NCBI GenBank assembly: GCA_964016885.1
Contig: OZ024748.1
Location: 14,756,001 to 14,820,000, forward strand
Length of the DNA stretch: 64,000 nucleotides
DNA from: Eledone cirrhosa
Taxonomy: Eukaryota
Reading direction: 5' to 3'
A model generated the notes under the pieces. That model was not told the DNA's origin, did no database searches, and was given only the letters and a program-made list of their open reading frames with translations. Shown here piece after piece: positions 38,334 through 53,930 of this stretch. Both the position numbers and the translations under genes were made by a program. How positions within the stretch are numbered: position 1 is the stretch's first letter; each line of letters starts with the position of its first letter.

Positions 38334-39228
38334 TGCAGGCATTGCTGTGTGGTTAAGGAGTTGACTTTGCAACCACATGGTTTTAGTTTGACTTTGCAGT
38401 TATCTATATTCCTGACCAACACAATATGAATAGTAGTTGAACAGATTTGTTTAGTATAACCCAAACTTGAATAGAACTAAACTTGTTTGCTCTAATTTAC
38501 ATAATAGTGGTGTAACCATTGGCAACATTTCATGCTTCTATGAATTAATTAAATGTTGCCATGTTTGCATTGCTGTTATGCAAATTGAGGCAGATCAATT
38601 TAGTTTATGTGTACGTGTGTGTGTGTGTGTATGAAATATTGATATATATTTGCATGTTAACAATTTCAAAAAATCTATATTCTATAAAAGTACCAGTAAA
38701 AGGAAGTCACTAGTTGTATAAATATATATTTATAAACAGTAACAACACAAATCAACCAATACATGGCTGTCACATTCTTTTGTTCGCTCATTCTTTCTCT
38801 CTGAAGTGAGAAAGCTCAGGAAGATGCTGCTTCATAATCCTAATGGAGAAGCACTGAAAGACACAGATTATTTTAGATGTTGTGTCATGATCCCAGCAGA
38901 TAAAATTGAAAGAAGGTTACTCCCAGATGAGAGCGAGGCAGAAGTACTGAAAGAGACAGTTCATTTTGGATGTGGTGTCATGGTCCCAGCAGATAAAATT
39001 GAAAAAGTGTTATTCAAAATTTAATTTAGTTATACCTAGATTGGATAAATCTATAAATATGACACCTTAAATGAAATGAGTAACACTGGTGAAATTAATC
39101 ATGTCAATTTGTCTTTATCTATCCACAAATAGAATAACGTAGTTTAAACTAAATTGCTGACTTTTCATGATGTGCTAAAATTGTGTTTACTTTAAATTAA
39201 CTGTATCTATCGCTCGCCCCCGCCCCAC

Positions 39229-39316
<88 letters not shown>

Positions 39317-39449
39317 GAGAGAGAGAGAGAGGGGGGAGAAAGAGAGGAATGACTTCTACAGAATTAGAACTGTTTCGTTCATATGAAATAATCAGGAATG
39401 TCTGATGATTTCATGGAAGTGAAAAAGTTCTAGTCCTGTAAAAGACATT

Positions 39450-40577
<1,128 letters not shown>

Positions 40578-40580
<3 letters not shown>

Positions 40581-42360
40581 ATGAAATATAAGAATCAAAG
40601 AACTGTTCAAAACATTATTGTGCTTACAGCTGTTTCCTCCAAACCGAGGTTTGGATTCTTCGGAGCAATTTATTAATGCATGGACAGTTATATGACCTCC
40701 TTTTCAGCCGAGGGACATACCAATACATATTCAAACATTGATACATATTCAAACATTGTGGGTCAACATTCATTACAAAATTTAGAGTGGCAGTACACAC
40801 TTCGAGATTACATTTATATTAATAGGTACAATCAAAAATCAAAGATATAGGTTAAAGTACAACATGAAGATAAGTGGTTATATAGTGCAAATGTTATATG
40901 TGTGGCACGCATGTGCGTCTTGTTTATATAGTGTGGCAGAGAGATATGTGTGGTAGAGGCACTTAGGTAGGTAAATAAGAGTGTTAGGTTGGTAGATCTG
41001 GTGGCAAAGTCTTTATATGATTGATGTAGTCTGTGTGTGGAGAAATATTATAAGCATTAAAGATAGGACTGCGGATTGACCTTTGGCCTGCCTGGGGACG
41101 ATTTTCTTTCGACATCCAATGTAGCAAGCGATGACCCAGATCTTACCAGAGATCATTGGGTCCTGAAGCAATCCTGCAATCACCGCGCCTGGTTATATGA
41201 GCAGACTACAACCACAGAGATCATTAATTTAGAATCCTCGCTCATCATCTATAATTTCCATTTGTAGCACCTTAAGATGGGTTAATCCACCTTAATAATA
41301 ATATGATCACCTTCAGCATAATTTAGTTAAACTACTCTATAGTTAGTACACTTTATGCTTTAATAGTCTCTTTTGGAGGGTGCACCTCACCATAGAATTT
41401 AGGGTCCATATTGGGACACATTTTAATGGCTAGATATAGAAACCCCAGAGTTACCTCCCCGCATGCATTAACTCCCCTTAGCCACACACACACTTCCGGT
41501 ATTCAATGGCGTCTCTCGAAACGTAACAACCTCCTGTATCGAACTAAAGAACACCAGACTACGATCTCTAACTGGATTGTCGTGGATTATGTGAAAGGCA
41601 TATAATCGAAATATACACTCCCTTGATCATGAAAATGCCGAAGTACATGAATTACTTGACATCCCTGCGTTGTGCATCTCCAATACTTATAACACTTTTA
41701 ATGCTTGCACTATCTTTAATGCTTATAATATTTCTCCACACACAGACTACATCAATCATATAAAGACTTTGCCACCAGATCTACCAACCTAACACTCTTA
41801 TTTACCTACCTAAGTGCCTCTACCACACATATCTCTCTGCCACACTATATAAACAAGACGCACATGCGTGCCACACATATAACATTTGCACTATATAACC
41901 ACTTATCTTCATGTTGTACTTTAACCTATATCTTTGATTTTTGATTGTACCTATTAATATAAATGTAATCTCGAAGTGTGTACTGCCACTCTAAATTTTG
42001 TAATGAATGTTGACCCACAATGTTTGAATATGTATCAATGTTTGAATATGTATTGGTATGTCCCTCGGCTGAAAAGGAGGTCATATAACTGTCCATGCAT
42101 TAATAAATTGCTCCGAAGAATCCAAACCTCGGTTTGGAGGAAACAGCTGTAAGCACAATAATGTTTTGAACAGTTCTTTGATTCTTATATTTCATATAAC
42201 TGCTCTGTAAATCAGCTGATGTTTTTACATTGAGCTACTTAACTTACTGGTAATAAGGTAGTAATACATTACTGCCTACCACTATTTAGGGTGTGTGTAA
42301 AATACTTACAACTGCTTAAGGTTTTGTGTTTACATAACCATAAATAGTATAACTAATACT
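40578..42360 (+). mobile_element. Probable Penelope-like element remnant: inverted pseudo-LTR pair with hammerhead and 3' tail
   Basis: 489-bp inverted arms at 40578-41066 and 41710-42198, HHR-like motif at 42109-42155, ~160-bp tail homologous to 58925-59060, (TA)n on both sides; no intact RT or GIY-YIG ORF seen. Confidence 0.7.
42109..42155 (+). ncRNA. Minimal type I hammerhead-like ribozyme; mirror copy at 40621-40667 on minus
   Basis: Stem I tgct/agca; core CCGAAGA (U4C); 8-bp stem II tccaaacc/ggtttgga; GAAA; palindromic acagctgt; GUA. Confidence 0.7.
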
Positions 42361-42372
42361 ATATATATATAT

Positions 42373-42422
<50 letters not shown>

Positions 42423-42940
42423 GCTATTAATAATTGTGATTAGTTAGACCATTATTCAACATATATACTGCAAATTTACATGATTTGTCCAGTACTAAAT
42501 ATACTATAAACATCTGAATCACAGAGCCCATTTTTAGCTATTCCCTGCTAAATAATCTGACGATGTTAAGTGTTGAAAAGAAGTTTGAATGTTTCAAAGA
42601 CTGCAAGAGCAAAATATAGATAGTAGGTTTAATTCTTGTAGAGGAAAGGGGTGTTACTGAATTTGGTATGGCTGGGGAGAGAAGAACTAGTTGGAACACA
42701 ATACAAATACGTCACAGTCATTATCAAGTATGTTGGATCAAAATCAAAACTCTTAGAGTGTTTGGCAAACATCCGCTTAAAGGAAAAATTTATTACCGAT
42801 TCTTCTTAAAACATGATTTCAAGAGAAGGCACAGCTTATTAAAGTAGATAGCAGAAGCAGTTTTAAATCAATAGATGTGTTAGTTTGCTATATAGAGGAA
42901 ATACTTTGATGTAAATGAAGTTAGAATATGATTGATTTAA

Positions 42941-43132
42941 CCCTTTTATTACCATTTTTCTAATAAAAGACACTGCCAGTGATTTCCAATAAGTTTGAAA
43001 ATAATCAAGAATTTGATGGGTTTTGTAGTAGAACTAATTTTGTCAATATTACATCGATGTGTGGAACATAACTTAAAATAGGTTATAACATAAAATTATG
43101 GCTGTTTCAAGACAGTTTTGTCTAAAAGGGGG
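42941..43132. mobile_element. piggyBac-like MITE, short copy
   Basis: ttaa|cccttttattacc ... taaaaggggg|ttaa; interior similar to 14154-14672. Confidence 0.65.
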
Positions 43133-44014
43133 TTAACGAGACAATAACAACAATAATAGACACTATGCTGTTATCCAAGAACAGAAATTGTATGTGTGTA
43201 TTTATAACTTACTGTATATACTTGAATATAAACTGACCATTATTTTATGTTTGAGAAATGGGCAAAAATCGAAACCCCATTTATAAAGCGAGGCAGCTAA
43301 TCAACCCATAATGTTTAGCTTGCGCAGTTTTGAAATTCTCATGGGTGATGAATATATTTTTGAAGTTTTGATATTTTGATATTTAAGATATTTTAAATGT
43401 CATTTAGAGCATAGTTTGTTTCAGAACTCCGTTATGTAAGTAATCATTTTTTACTAATTTCCAACGATTTTGAAGACCACATTCATTCAAAACACATCAA
43501 AATAGAAAAACCGAATTTCATGTTGAAAGTGAAACCAGTGTAATATTCACCTCAAAAGTGAAAATATTTTAACACCTCATTTACATAGAATCTTGAAGTT
43601 ACCATTCATTTTTTTTGTTGTCACATATTCCTCAGCTTATATAGAAGTATATAATGTGTGTTATTGGACAATTGTTCAGAGGAAAATCAGAAGAGAATGA
43701 TTGTGGTGGGAGGTGGAGAGGTGATGTCGGAGGCAGGGAGAAGAAGAGTGAGATAAAGAGAAAGAGAAAGAAGAGGAGTAAGAGAGAGAGAGGGAGAAAG
43801 TAATAGAGTAAATTAAAGGTGAGAGAAAGAGAGAGTAATAGCAAATGAGGAGCAAGAGAGAAAGGGGGAAGAGAGTAATAGAGATGAATGAATGAGAAGC
43901 AAGAGAAAGAGAGGGAGAGAGAAAGATAGAATGATGAATAAGAGAAGGAAAGAGAGTAAGAAAGAGAAAGAGGAATTTGTGTGAATATTTTAATGTCTTT
44001 ATGTATTTAAATAT

Positions 44015-44185
44015 GATTTCTAGTATAGGCACAAGGCCAGTAATTTGGGAGGAGGGAAAAGTCAGTTAGGTCAACCCCAATACGTTACTGGTGCTTTATT
44101 TTATCAACCCCTTAAGGATGAAAGGCAAAGTTAACCCTGGCGGGATTTGAACTCAGACTGCAAAGGGCCGTAACTCTATGCTGCT
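44015..44185 (-). mobile_element. Meta-domain-like SINE
   Basis: aggatgaaaggcaaagttaaccctggcgggatttgaactcag. Confidence 0.8.
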
Positions 44186-44447
44186 TAAATATAATCCACC
44201 TGTGTTACACTATATTATGACACACCTGAGTCTCCTTGTTTAGTGACATACATGTGTGTTAAACTGTATTATGACATATCTATGTCACACTGGTGTATTG
44301 AGAGATATATCAATAGAGGGGGAGTGATAGAGTAGAGTACAGGGGGAGAGGAGAGAGGTAGGATGGAGAGTGACAGAGTAGAAAAGAGAGGGAGAGATAA
44401 AGAGGAAGATAGAAAGAGAGAGAAACAGAAAGAGAAAAGAGAAGCAC

Positions 44448-44531
44448 AGTAGTAGTAGTAATAGTGGCAGTAGCATCATCATCAGCAGCAGTAGTAACAG
44501 TAGCAGTAACACTAGTAGTAGTAGCAGCAGC

Positions 44532-44625
<94 letters not shown>

Positions 44626-44712
44626 ACACTGGTAGTAGTAGTAGTAGTAGTAGTAGTAACACTGGTAGTAGTAGTAGTAGTAGTAGTATCAGTAGCAGTA
44701 GCAGCAGTAATA
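44448..44712. repeat. (AGT)n microsatellite
   Basis: Direct inspection. Confidence 0.95.
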
Positions 44713-44889
44713 GGAGGAGGAGAATCTGCAACAAAAAGTGATCAGGTGACAGCTGTATCGGTGAGGTTTTGTCTCAGAACCTTCCTCAGGGGTCCAGCTG
44801 TTACCAATTTCTGTTTTGAAATTTCCTTTGTTTGAAATTAAACTAATTTTCACAAGTTATATAGGAAAAGGAAGGGGGACATCCACCCA

Positions 44890-45185
44890 CGTAACATTGG
44901 TGAATCCATGTGACCCCTCATTTTCTCTACCCCATTCTCCTTAACATGGGTGATTCCATGTGGTCCTTCATTTTCTCCATTCCATCTCCTTTAACATAGG
45001 GGGCTCCATGTGGCTCTTCATTTTCTATATCCTCACCCCCTTAACATGGGTGAATCCATGTGGGTCTTCATTTTCTCCATCCCAATTCCCATTTACATGG
45101 GTTAATCCATGTGGCTCTGCATTTTCTCCATTCCCACCCCACCACCTTAACATGGGTGACTCCACATGGTTCTTCATTTTCTTCT
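44890..45185. repeat. ~50-bp minisatellite, 6 copies, hairpin-forming unit
   Basis: ttaacatgg-gtgaat-ccatgtgg..ttcattttctc units at ~44892, 44942, 44992, 45042, 45093, 45148. Confidence 0.9.
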
Positions 45186-45916
45186 ATAATGGGGAGTGAA
45201 GAATGAGGGCTTAGGGAGTGAGGAAGGAGGGAATGAGAGAATGAGGTGTGAAGAATGAGAGAATGCGAGTGGAGAATGAGGGAATGAGAGAACAGGGAAA
45301 TGTGGAGTCGAGAATGAGAGAATGGGTAGTGAAGAATTGGTGGGGCATGAAGAATGAATGAGGGAACCAGGACAATAAGTCGCAATGTTTTCTTTACAAC
45401 CATGTATGACCTTGGGCTAAACAACAAAAACAACAAACATTATCATCAATGTTTTCTTTAATTACATGCATCCTTGAAGAATAAACTCGTTAGATGTAAA
45501 AGGTCAATCAATGGTCCAGTCCCATCTTTGGAATTTATATTTTATTACACTTTAATTAATTAACAAAAAGAATGAAAAACCGAGAGAAAAATAAAGAAAG
45601 AAAATTATTAATAAACAAAAACAAAGAAAAATGGTTTCCAACCCCAATATCTATCTTTTCAGAGATGAAAGTTAAGTCAAATGTGTGTGCACGTTTGTGG
45701 TGTGTGTGTGTGTATGTAGGTAAGTATGTATATTACGCTTATATGTTGAGATACGATGGGAAAGTCAATTATATATATATATATATATATATAATATACA
45801 CACACACATGCACACACATGCACACACACATATATATATACTGGTAACACTGAGTATCACTAGATTCCTAAAAGTTTTGCTTTTTTTTAAATTTATATTT
45901 ACACACACCCACCCAC

Positions 45917-45953
<37 letters not shown>

Positions 45954-46429
45954 AGGCACAAACACATACAAACATGCACATATGCAAACAAAAACATATA
46001 GATACACATCATGAATTTCCATGTTATTCTTAAAAAAATTATAAAATTTATGATAAAATTTAAGCTCTACCACCAAATATTGATTTAAAAAAATATATTT
46101 GTTTATTTTTTTGCCAAGAAAAACCATGAACTTTCTCCTTTGAACAAGAAAAGAAAACTTTAAACAGATTCGACATGGCAGCAAACATTATTTGGAATAT
46201 ATCAACATCGTTTTTTACATGTCTGTATTTATACGACATTTTCATTGGGGAATTTTCATATTTTCTTGCTCACAGCCAGCCACGATCAGCTGATATAAAC
46301 TGGAAAACTTTGTTATTCGAAACAACTTTTGATACATAAAAAAAAAACTGGCTCTGGTTCTATGAAAATTCACTCATATTTAAGGGGCTCCTATTTAAAT
46401 TAAAATCTTACAGCATTACTTTTGTTGAA

Positions 46430-46610
46430 TGACAGTATTGGTAGAACGTCAGACAACATGCTTTGCGGCATAGAGTTAATACCCTTTACGTTCTGGGTTC
46501 AAATCCTGCCGAGGTTAACTTTGCCTTTCATCTTTACAGGGTCAATAAAATAAAGCACCAGTAATGCACGGGAGGTAATTGCTGCCCTTGTGCCAAAAGT
46601 AGAAACAATT
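46430..46610 (+). mobile_element. Meta-domain-like SINE
   Basis: B box gggttcaaatcc and family core. Confidence 0.8.
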
Positions 46611-47159
46611 ATTTTACAAGATAGTTCGGACACACAAGTGTGAAGGTGTTACAGTTGAGGGTCAAAACACCCAATGTATGTTGGTCACCATCTGAGGACA
46701 TCAACACACTTTTGGCCAAGGCTATGTTTACTGAAGGAGAATGAATATGAGGCATCTTCTTGAAGTTGTAATTATGCCTGACGAACCAGCGAACTGTTAC
46801 TAGTAGGAAAAATGGATGTTAAGCGAGGGCGATGATAATATTCCATGACTATTTATTATTTTTCCTATGAGGGTCAAATGAAAGGTTCATAGGCTGACTA
46901 TAAAGGAGTGATGCTAGAACTGTGAAATCTTGAAAGCATTAATTTCAAATCTTCTTATTAATAAATGCATTCTTCTTTCTAGGGATTATGTTGAAAAATA
47001 AACCTCATTTTATCATTCCATGAGAGTGTATTTGATAGCCTATGAACTTTCCAGCCAACACTTATACATATATATATATATGTGATATCAATACTTATAT
47101 ATATATATATATACACACACACATATATATTCAGAATATATATCTATATATGAATAAAT

Positions 47160-47542
47160 ATCATCATCATTTTACGTCCGCTTTTCCCTGCTTGCAAGGG
47201 TGAGACGGGAACTGATTCTGGCTTGATTTCTACAGCTGGATGCCCTTCCTAACACCAACCTCATTTACAATGAGTGCTGGGTGCTTTTTTTCTGTGGCGC
47301 CTACACGTCCACTTTACAGTGTGGGCTGGGTGCTTTTTTTTTTGCCGTGGCACCTCCACAACAACTTTGCAGTGGAATGATAGGGACCCCAGTCCTATCA
47401 ACTCATTTCTACAGCTGAGTAAACTGGAGCAATGTGAAATAAAGTGTCTTGCTCTTGGAAACAACACATCACCCAGTCTGAGAATTGAACTCACAACCTT
47501 TCGATTGCAAGCCCAATGCTAACCTCTAAGCCATGTTCCTCC
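47160..47542 (-). mobile_element. Full-length CORE-like SINE with a duplicated internal module
   Basis: Family consensus plus an extra gctgggtgcttttt..gtggc.cct..ac module. Confidence 0.9.
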
Positions 47543-48163
47543 ATATATATATATTCATATATATATGCATATATCAATATATGAATACACATATATATTC
47601 ATATATATATACACATACACACACACACATATATATACACACATATTTACATATGCACATACATACATATATATATATATTCATATGCACATATATACAT
47701 ACATACATTACATTCATTTACTACAATCTTATTTCATTACACTGTCACCAACAACTTTGAAAAGAAAGTAGAGAAAAATATAGAGGTGGGTAGGGAGTAA
47801 AAAAACCTAAAACCTACATTCTAGAAAACTTGGTAGAACTGTTACCGATTGTTGCAAAACGTCTATGTCTAAGAGGCATTAATGTAACTCTATTCCACAA
47901 AGTTACATAATGATAATTCTGAATTAAGTGGAAGAATAAGTGTAAATGTCACTCTGTGAGTGTATATGGCACATTCTTTAGCTCTGTGAAGATGATAAAG
48001 AATCTCTTGGAGGGAATGGTTACTGGGTAATTATATCTCAGTAGCTTCTGTATTCATTTTATTTTCTCAAAGCAAGCTACAGCTAGCATGTAGCATGGAG
48101 AGAATGGTTTACACTCAATGTTATGACAAGATATTTTAATAATATCAATATATGTGTGTGTGT

Positions 48164-48245
<82 letters not shown>

Positions 48246-48292
48246 CAGTTCCATATTGGGTTGATTTTTTTTCTATATATATCTTTTCCACA

Positions 48293-48343
<51 letters not shown>

Positions 48344-48625
48344 TAAAATAACAGATTAAAGTTTAAGCAAAGAATCGCTGCTTTCACCATCGCTGCCCTC
48401 TTTGGATTTTAGTCTTCAAATTTACTATTTCTATTATTTATATATATATATATATTGAGGTTGGTGTTAGGAAGGGCATCCAACTATAGAAATCAAGCCA
48501 AAATCAGTTCCTGTATGAGCAAGGTATGCTCAGCCGACCAGACACTGCCCATAAGAGGACAACCCGTCTAACCCATGCTAGCATGGAAGAACGGACGTAA
48601 AACGGTGATGATATTGATGATGATG

Positions 48626-48762
<137 letters not shown>

Positions 48763-50071
48763 GATAGATAAGAGAGAGAGAGATGTAGGAGAGATATATA
48801 TAGAAAAAGATTAACCCCAATATGAAACTGGTACATTATTTATAGACCTTGAAAAGATGAAAAGCAAAGTGGTGCTAGGTGGGATTCAAAATCAGAGTGC
48901 ATAGAACCAAAACAAATACCTCAAGGCATTCTATCCAATATTCTAACGAATTTGTCTCTTCCCTGTGTTGTAAAATATATATTTCCAAGCAAAGAAATCT
49001 ATCTTTAAAAACATTGGGCCTGGTTATGTAGTTAATGAGCTCACTTCACAACTATATGGCTTCAGATTCATTCCTACTGTGTGGCACCTTAGGCAAGTGT
49101 AGCCTCAGATGAGGATGTCTGCAAGCCCATTTTATATATGTTTGTGTGTCTCTGTCTGTGCTAACATTTACATTTTTCTGTATTCGGTAATTTAGTGATT
49201 CAACAAAAATAGATTGATGAATTAAGTATCAAATTTAAAAAAAAAAGTAATTGAGATCTCTATGATCAACTAAACGTCAAGGTAGTGCTTCAGCATGGAT
49301 GCAGTTATATGACATATGACTGAAAAGAACAAAATAATACAAGAGTATGACTGAAAAGAACAAAATAATACAAGAGTATAACCTCCAAGAAAAATTTTTT
49401 CTTAAAAAAAAATTAACTTGGATTTCCAAAAGTCTTTCTGATTATTATAATATTTTAATTTTTATTTTTTTCTAATTTTGAATTTAAATACAGACATTTT
49501 CTTCTTCCTCTCTCTCCTAACACTGCTACCACCTGTCATGTGACATTACTACTAGTGTTGCTGCTTGCTTTAAGGCAGGTGAAAATATCTGGTTTTCATT
49601 TATTATCATATTTATCTTCATGCTAAGATTTCCTATTCTCATTTCAGTGTTAGTCACAGATTAGATGAGTCAGCACAGCAAACACAGCTATGTTTTTGTC
49701 ACCAGTAGAATAATTATTTTGATAATAATCAGTGAGACTTGTGCATCTGCGCCAGGTGTCAATGACAGGGCTTCCCCTTTTTACAGAATTCCAAGTCTTA
49801 TCTATCAGTAGGACAAGTTTTATGGTCAGATAATATTTTCTCTTTAGATGGAACTCTAACTAATTCAGGCACAAGACCAGCAATTTTGGGGTGAGAAGAA
49901 AGTCAATTAAATTCTCCACCATAGTTGCATTGAACACAGAAAGGAGACACCCGGGGAAAGTGTATCCTACCCAGAAGTTATCAAATGCTGTTTTGTTTTG
50001 TGTAAATCTAAATTTGGAGGGATTTAGTGATATATTTATATTTTTCATTTATTAAGGTGATATTTATTATC

Positions 50072-50292
50072 GGAGGATGATGGATTGGCTTTATCAGTAA
50101 AGCGTCGAACATCATGCTTTGTGGTATATAGTTACATCCCTTTGTAATGTGAGTTCAAATCCTGCCAAGGTAAGCTTTGCCTTTCATCCTCATAGAGTCG
50201 AGAATATAAAGTACCATTAATGCACTGGGGGTGCTTTAATTAAATTTCCCCTTTTACCTTTAAATTGCTAGCCTTGTGCCTAAATCAGAAAC
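50072..50292 (+). mobile_element. Meta-domain-like SINE, diverged
   Basis: gagttcaaatcc; ctttgcctttcatcc; aaagtacca. Confidence 0.75.
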
Positions 50293-50337
50293 CATATCTA
50301 TATATAACTATACACACACACACATATATATATACAT

Positions 50338-50368
<31 letters not shown>

Positions 50369-50684
50369 CACACACACACACACATATATATATACACACA
50401 CACACACATATATATATACATACACACATATATATACATATATACACACATACACACACATATTTACATACACACACACACACATATATATATATATTTA
50501 TATATATATGTGTGTGTGTGTGTATAGATGTACCTCTTCTAAATGAAGGGTGTAAGTTCCATTTCTGGTAGATCCACTTCTGGCATTGAATCAACAAAAA
50601 CAATCATCTTTTCTACATTAGATCCTTTGTTATTTTTTCAGCTGTTGTATTATTCTACACAACAAATATATAGACTATAGATAG

Positions 50685-50736
<52 letters not shown>

Positions 50737-50889
50737 CACACACATATATATATATATACACATATATATACATATATATATATATATATAAACATATATT
50801 AAAATAACAGATTAAAGTTTAAGCAAAGAAGATACCGTTATGGGTGAAAGCAGCGATTCTTTGCTTAAACTTTAATCTGTTATTTTAAT

Positions 50890-51048
50890 AAATATATATA
50901 AACAATATATATATATATATAAACATATATATATAAACATATATATATATATATAAACATATATATATATATACAAATTTATATATATATTATATACATA
51001 TATATATAGATATACATATATATAAACATATATATATATATATATACA

Positions 51049-51082
<34 letters not shown>

Positions 51083-51219
51083 AACATATATATATATATA
51101 TATATGTATATGTATATATATATATACATATATATATATATACAAAATATATATATATACATATATATATACATATATATATACATATACATATATATAA
51201 ACATATATATATATATACA

Positions 51220-51251
<32 letters not shown>

Positions 51252-51365
51252 CATATACATATATACATATATATATATACTTATATATATACTTATGTAT
51301 ATATATACAAATATATATATATATATATATATACTTATATATATATACAAATATATATATATACA

Positions 51366-51397
<32 letters not shown>

Positions 51398-51529
51398 CAA
51401 ATATATATATATACAAATATATATATTATAATATACATATATATATATATACAAATATATATATATACATATATATATATATACAATATATATATATATA
51501 TATATATACAAATATATATATATATATAT

Positions 51530-51570
<41 letters not shown>

Positions 51571-51639
51571 AATATATATATATATATACATATATATATA
51601 CAAATATATATATATATATACTTATATATATATATATAT

Positions 51640-51720
<81 letters not shown>

Positions 51721-51749
51721 CATATATATATATACACATATATATATAT

Positions 51750-51783
<34 letters not shown>

Positions 51784-51796
51784 CATATATATATAT

Positions 51797-51835
<39 letters not shown>

Positions 51836-51836
51836 T

Positions 51837-51879
<43 letters not shown>

Positions 51880-51884
51880 TATAT

Positions 51885-51928
<44 letters not shown>

Positions 51929-52005
51929 TTATATAATATATATACATATACTTATATATATATATATATATACATATACTTATATATATATACATATACT
52001 TATAT
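50890..52005. repeat. (TA)n compound microsatellite, ~1.1 kb
   Basis: Direct inspection. Confidence 0.95.
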
Positions 52006-53705
52006 AACTTTGAACTTTGAATAACTTTGAAATGTTTTGGCCAGTATTGGCCCAGGCCATGTCTAACTTAATAGCACCACCTGGCGAAGTCTTTCATTCA
52101 GGATTTGGACACCATGGCCCATTCGAGAAGAGAATTACTGTTTGCGGAGACATATCCGGGTGTGGGTGGTTTGTCCGGGATTACTTGGAGGAATTTATCC
52201 AAAGATTTCTTGAATTTTGTGTGGTCAGTTTCTGTTTTGACGTGTCCTGGTGTGATGTTGAAGAGAGCAGGTCCGATTGAGGTGAAATAATTGTGCCGTA
52301 TTGTTGTTATGAGTTGCGATTTAGATTTTTGAATGGGACGGATAGCACGGGGCCCAAGCCTTGGGTGTATCTTGAAGGCGATGCCAACATCATTTGGGCA
52401 GTGATGATGGAACATTTTCCACATCATGCAGATAATATAACGCTCACGGCGACGTTGGAGTGAGTAAAGTTTCAGGTTTTCTAATCGACCCCAGTAGTCA
52501 AGGTCTGACATGCCATCTATCTTTTTCGTGATTGCCCTTTGAGGAGCTTCAAGTTTCATGATACTTTGTTTCGTGTGGGGAGACCACAGTGGACAACAGT
52601 ATTCAAGGTGTGGTCGGGCAAAAGTAGAGAAGAGAAGGATAATGGTGCGGAAATCTCTCGACTGGAAGGTTCTGAGGATCCAGGAACACATTCTGCGGGC
52701 CATGTCAACTTTGCTGCTTATATGCGTGGTCCAGCTTATGTTGCTGTCCACGGTTACTCCCAAGTCTCTGATGTTGTTAGATGCCACGAGAGTTTCCCCG
52801 GAGGGAAGGGAGTACGGGAGTTTCAGAGTATCCTCTTTTCCAAAGTGGATCAGTTCGAATTTGTCTTCGTTCAATAACATGTTGTTCTTTTCTGCCCATT
52901 GGGTAACAGCCAGTAGGTCTGACTGAAGGCTTATCCGGTCATCCACGCCATTGATGACCTTTTGGAGCTTGGAATCATCAGCGAAAATTTTAATGTTGCT
53001 GTGTTTGATGATGTCAGTGATGTCATTAATATAGATGATGAAGAGAAGTGGGCCCAACACAGTGCCTTGTGGGACCCCACTACTGACTTTGGCTGGGCTT
53101 GATTTGACTCCCTCAACTACAACATGCTGGGTTCTGTTTGACAGGAAGCTCTTGATCCACTGCAGCAGCTTTCCAGTGACACCAATATTGGACAGCTTTC
53201 TCAGTAGAATGTTATGATCAACCCTGTCAAAAGCCTTGCTGAAATCAAGGTAGATAACATCAGTGTTGGAACCCTCTCCCAAGGCTCTCAAAATGTCATC
53301 AAAGTGATGCAGTAGCTGTGTCAGGCAATCCCTTCCATTACGGAATCCATGCTGGTTGGAGTTCAGCATATTGTTACTCTCAAGGAAGTGGGTCATTCGC
53401 GATCTCACCACTCTCTCAAATACCTTAATGATATGAGAGGTGAGTGAGATTGGACGGTAATTCACGGCAAGGGATTTGTTTACCTTTTTGAAAACTGGGA
53501 CAACAGACTGGGATAGAAGGTTTTCTGGCACATATCCAGCATCCAGTGAGTTCCGCCACAGATTGGCAAGAGGAGATGCAAGTTGGTGTTGACACGCCTT
53601 CAAGACACAAGCAGGGAACCTATCGGGACCTACTGCTGAATTATGCTTGATTTCCTTTATTGCCGCCAAGACATCAGGGGCGCCAAACGTTATGTCCGAT
53701 AAGGT
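52006..53705 (-). mobile_element. 5'-truncated CR1/L2-group non-LTR retrotransposon (LINE)
   Basis: Open RT frame, ~90-bp 3' UTR with ggcca-atac-tggcc hairpin and (ttcaaag)-type terminal repeats; (TA)n on both sides. Confidence 0.93.
52098..53705 (-). CDS. LINE ORF2 reverse transcriptase (C-terminal ~535 codons; no endonuclease domain, no true start)
   Basis: [47 protein letters not shown] and RPHLEY motifs with no internal stop. Confidence 0.92.
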   Translation of the reverse strand, partial: TLSDITFGAPDVLAAIKEIKHNSAVGPDRFPACVLKACQHQLASPLANLWRNSLDAGYVPENLLSQSVVPVFKKVNKSLAVNYRPISLTSHIIKVFERVVRSRMTHFLESNNMLNSNQHGFRNGRDCLTQLLHHFDDILRALGEGSNTDVIYLDFSKAFDRVDHNILLRKLSNIGVTGKLLQWIKSFLSNRTQHVVVEGVKSSPAKVSSGVPQGTVLGPLLFIIYINDITDIIKHSNIKIFADDSKLQKVINGVDDRISLQSDLLAVTQWAEKNNMLLNEDKFELIHFGKEDTLKLPYSLPSGETLVASNNIRDLGVTVDSNISWTTHISSKVDMARRMCSWILRTFQSRDFRTIILLFSTFARPHLEYCCPLWSPHTKQSIMKLEAPQRAITKKIDGMSDLDYWGRLENLKLYSLQRRRERYIICMMWKMFHHHCPNDVGIAFKIHPRLGPRAIRPIQKSKSQLITTIRHNYFTSIGPALFNITPGHVKTETDHTKFKKSLDKFLQVIPDKPPTPGYVSANSNSLLEWAMVSKS

Positions 53706-53792
53706 GTATATATATACAAATATATATATACATATATATATACATATATATATAAATATAATATACATATATATATACAAATTATATATACA

Positions 53793-53826
<34 letters not shown>

Positions 53827-53843
53827 CACATATATATATATAC

Positions 53844-53874
<31 letters not shown>

Positions 53875-53930
53875 CATATATATATATAATACACATATAT
53901 ATATACATATAGAGATATACATATATATAT

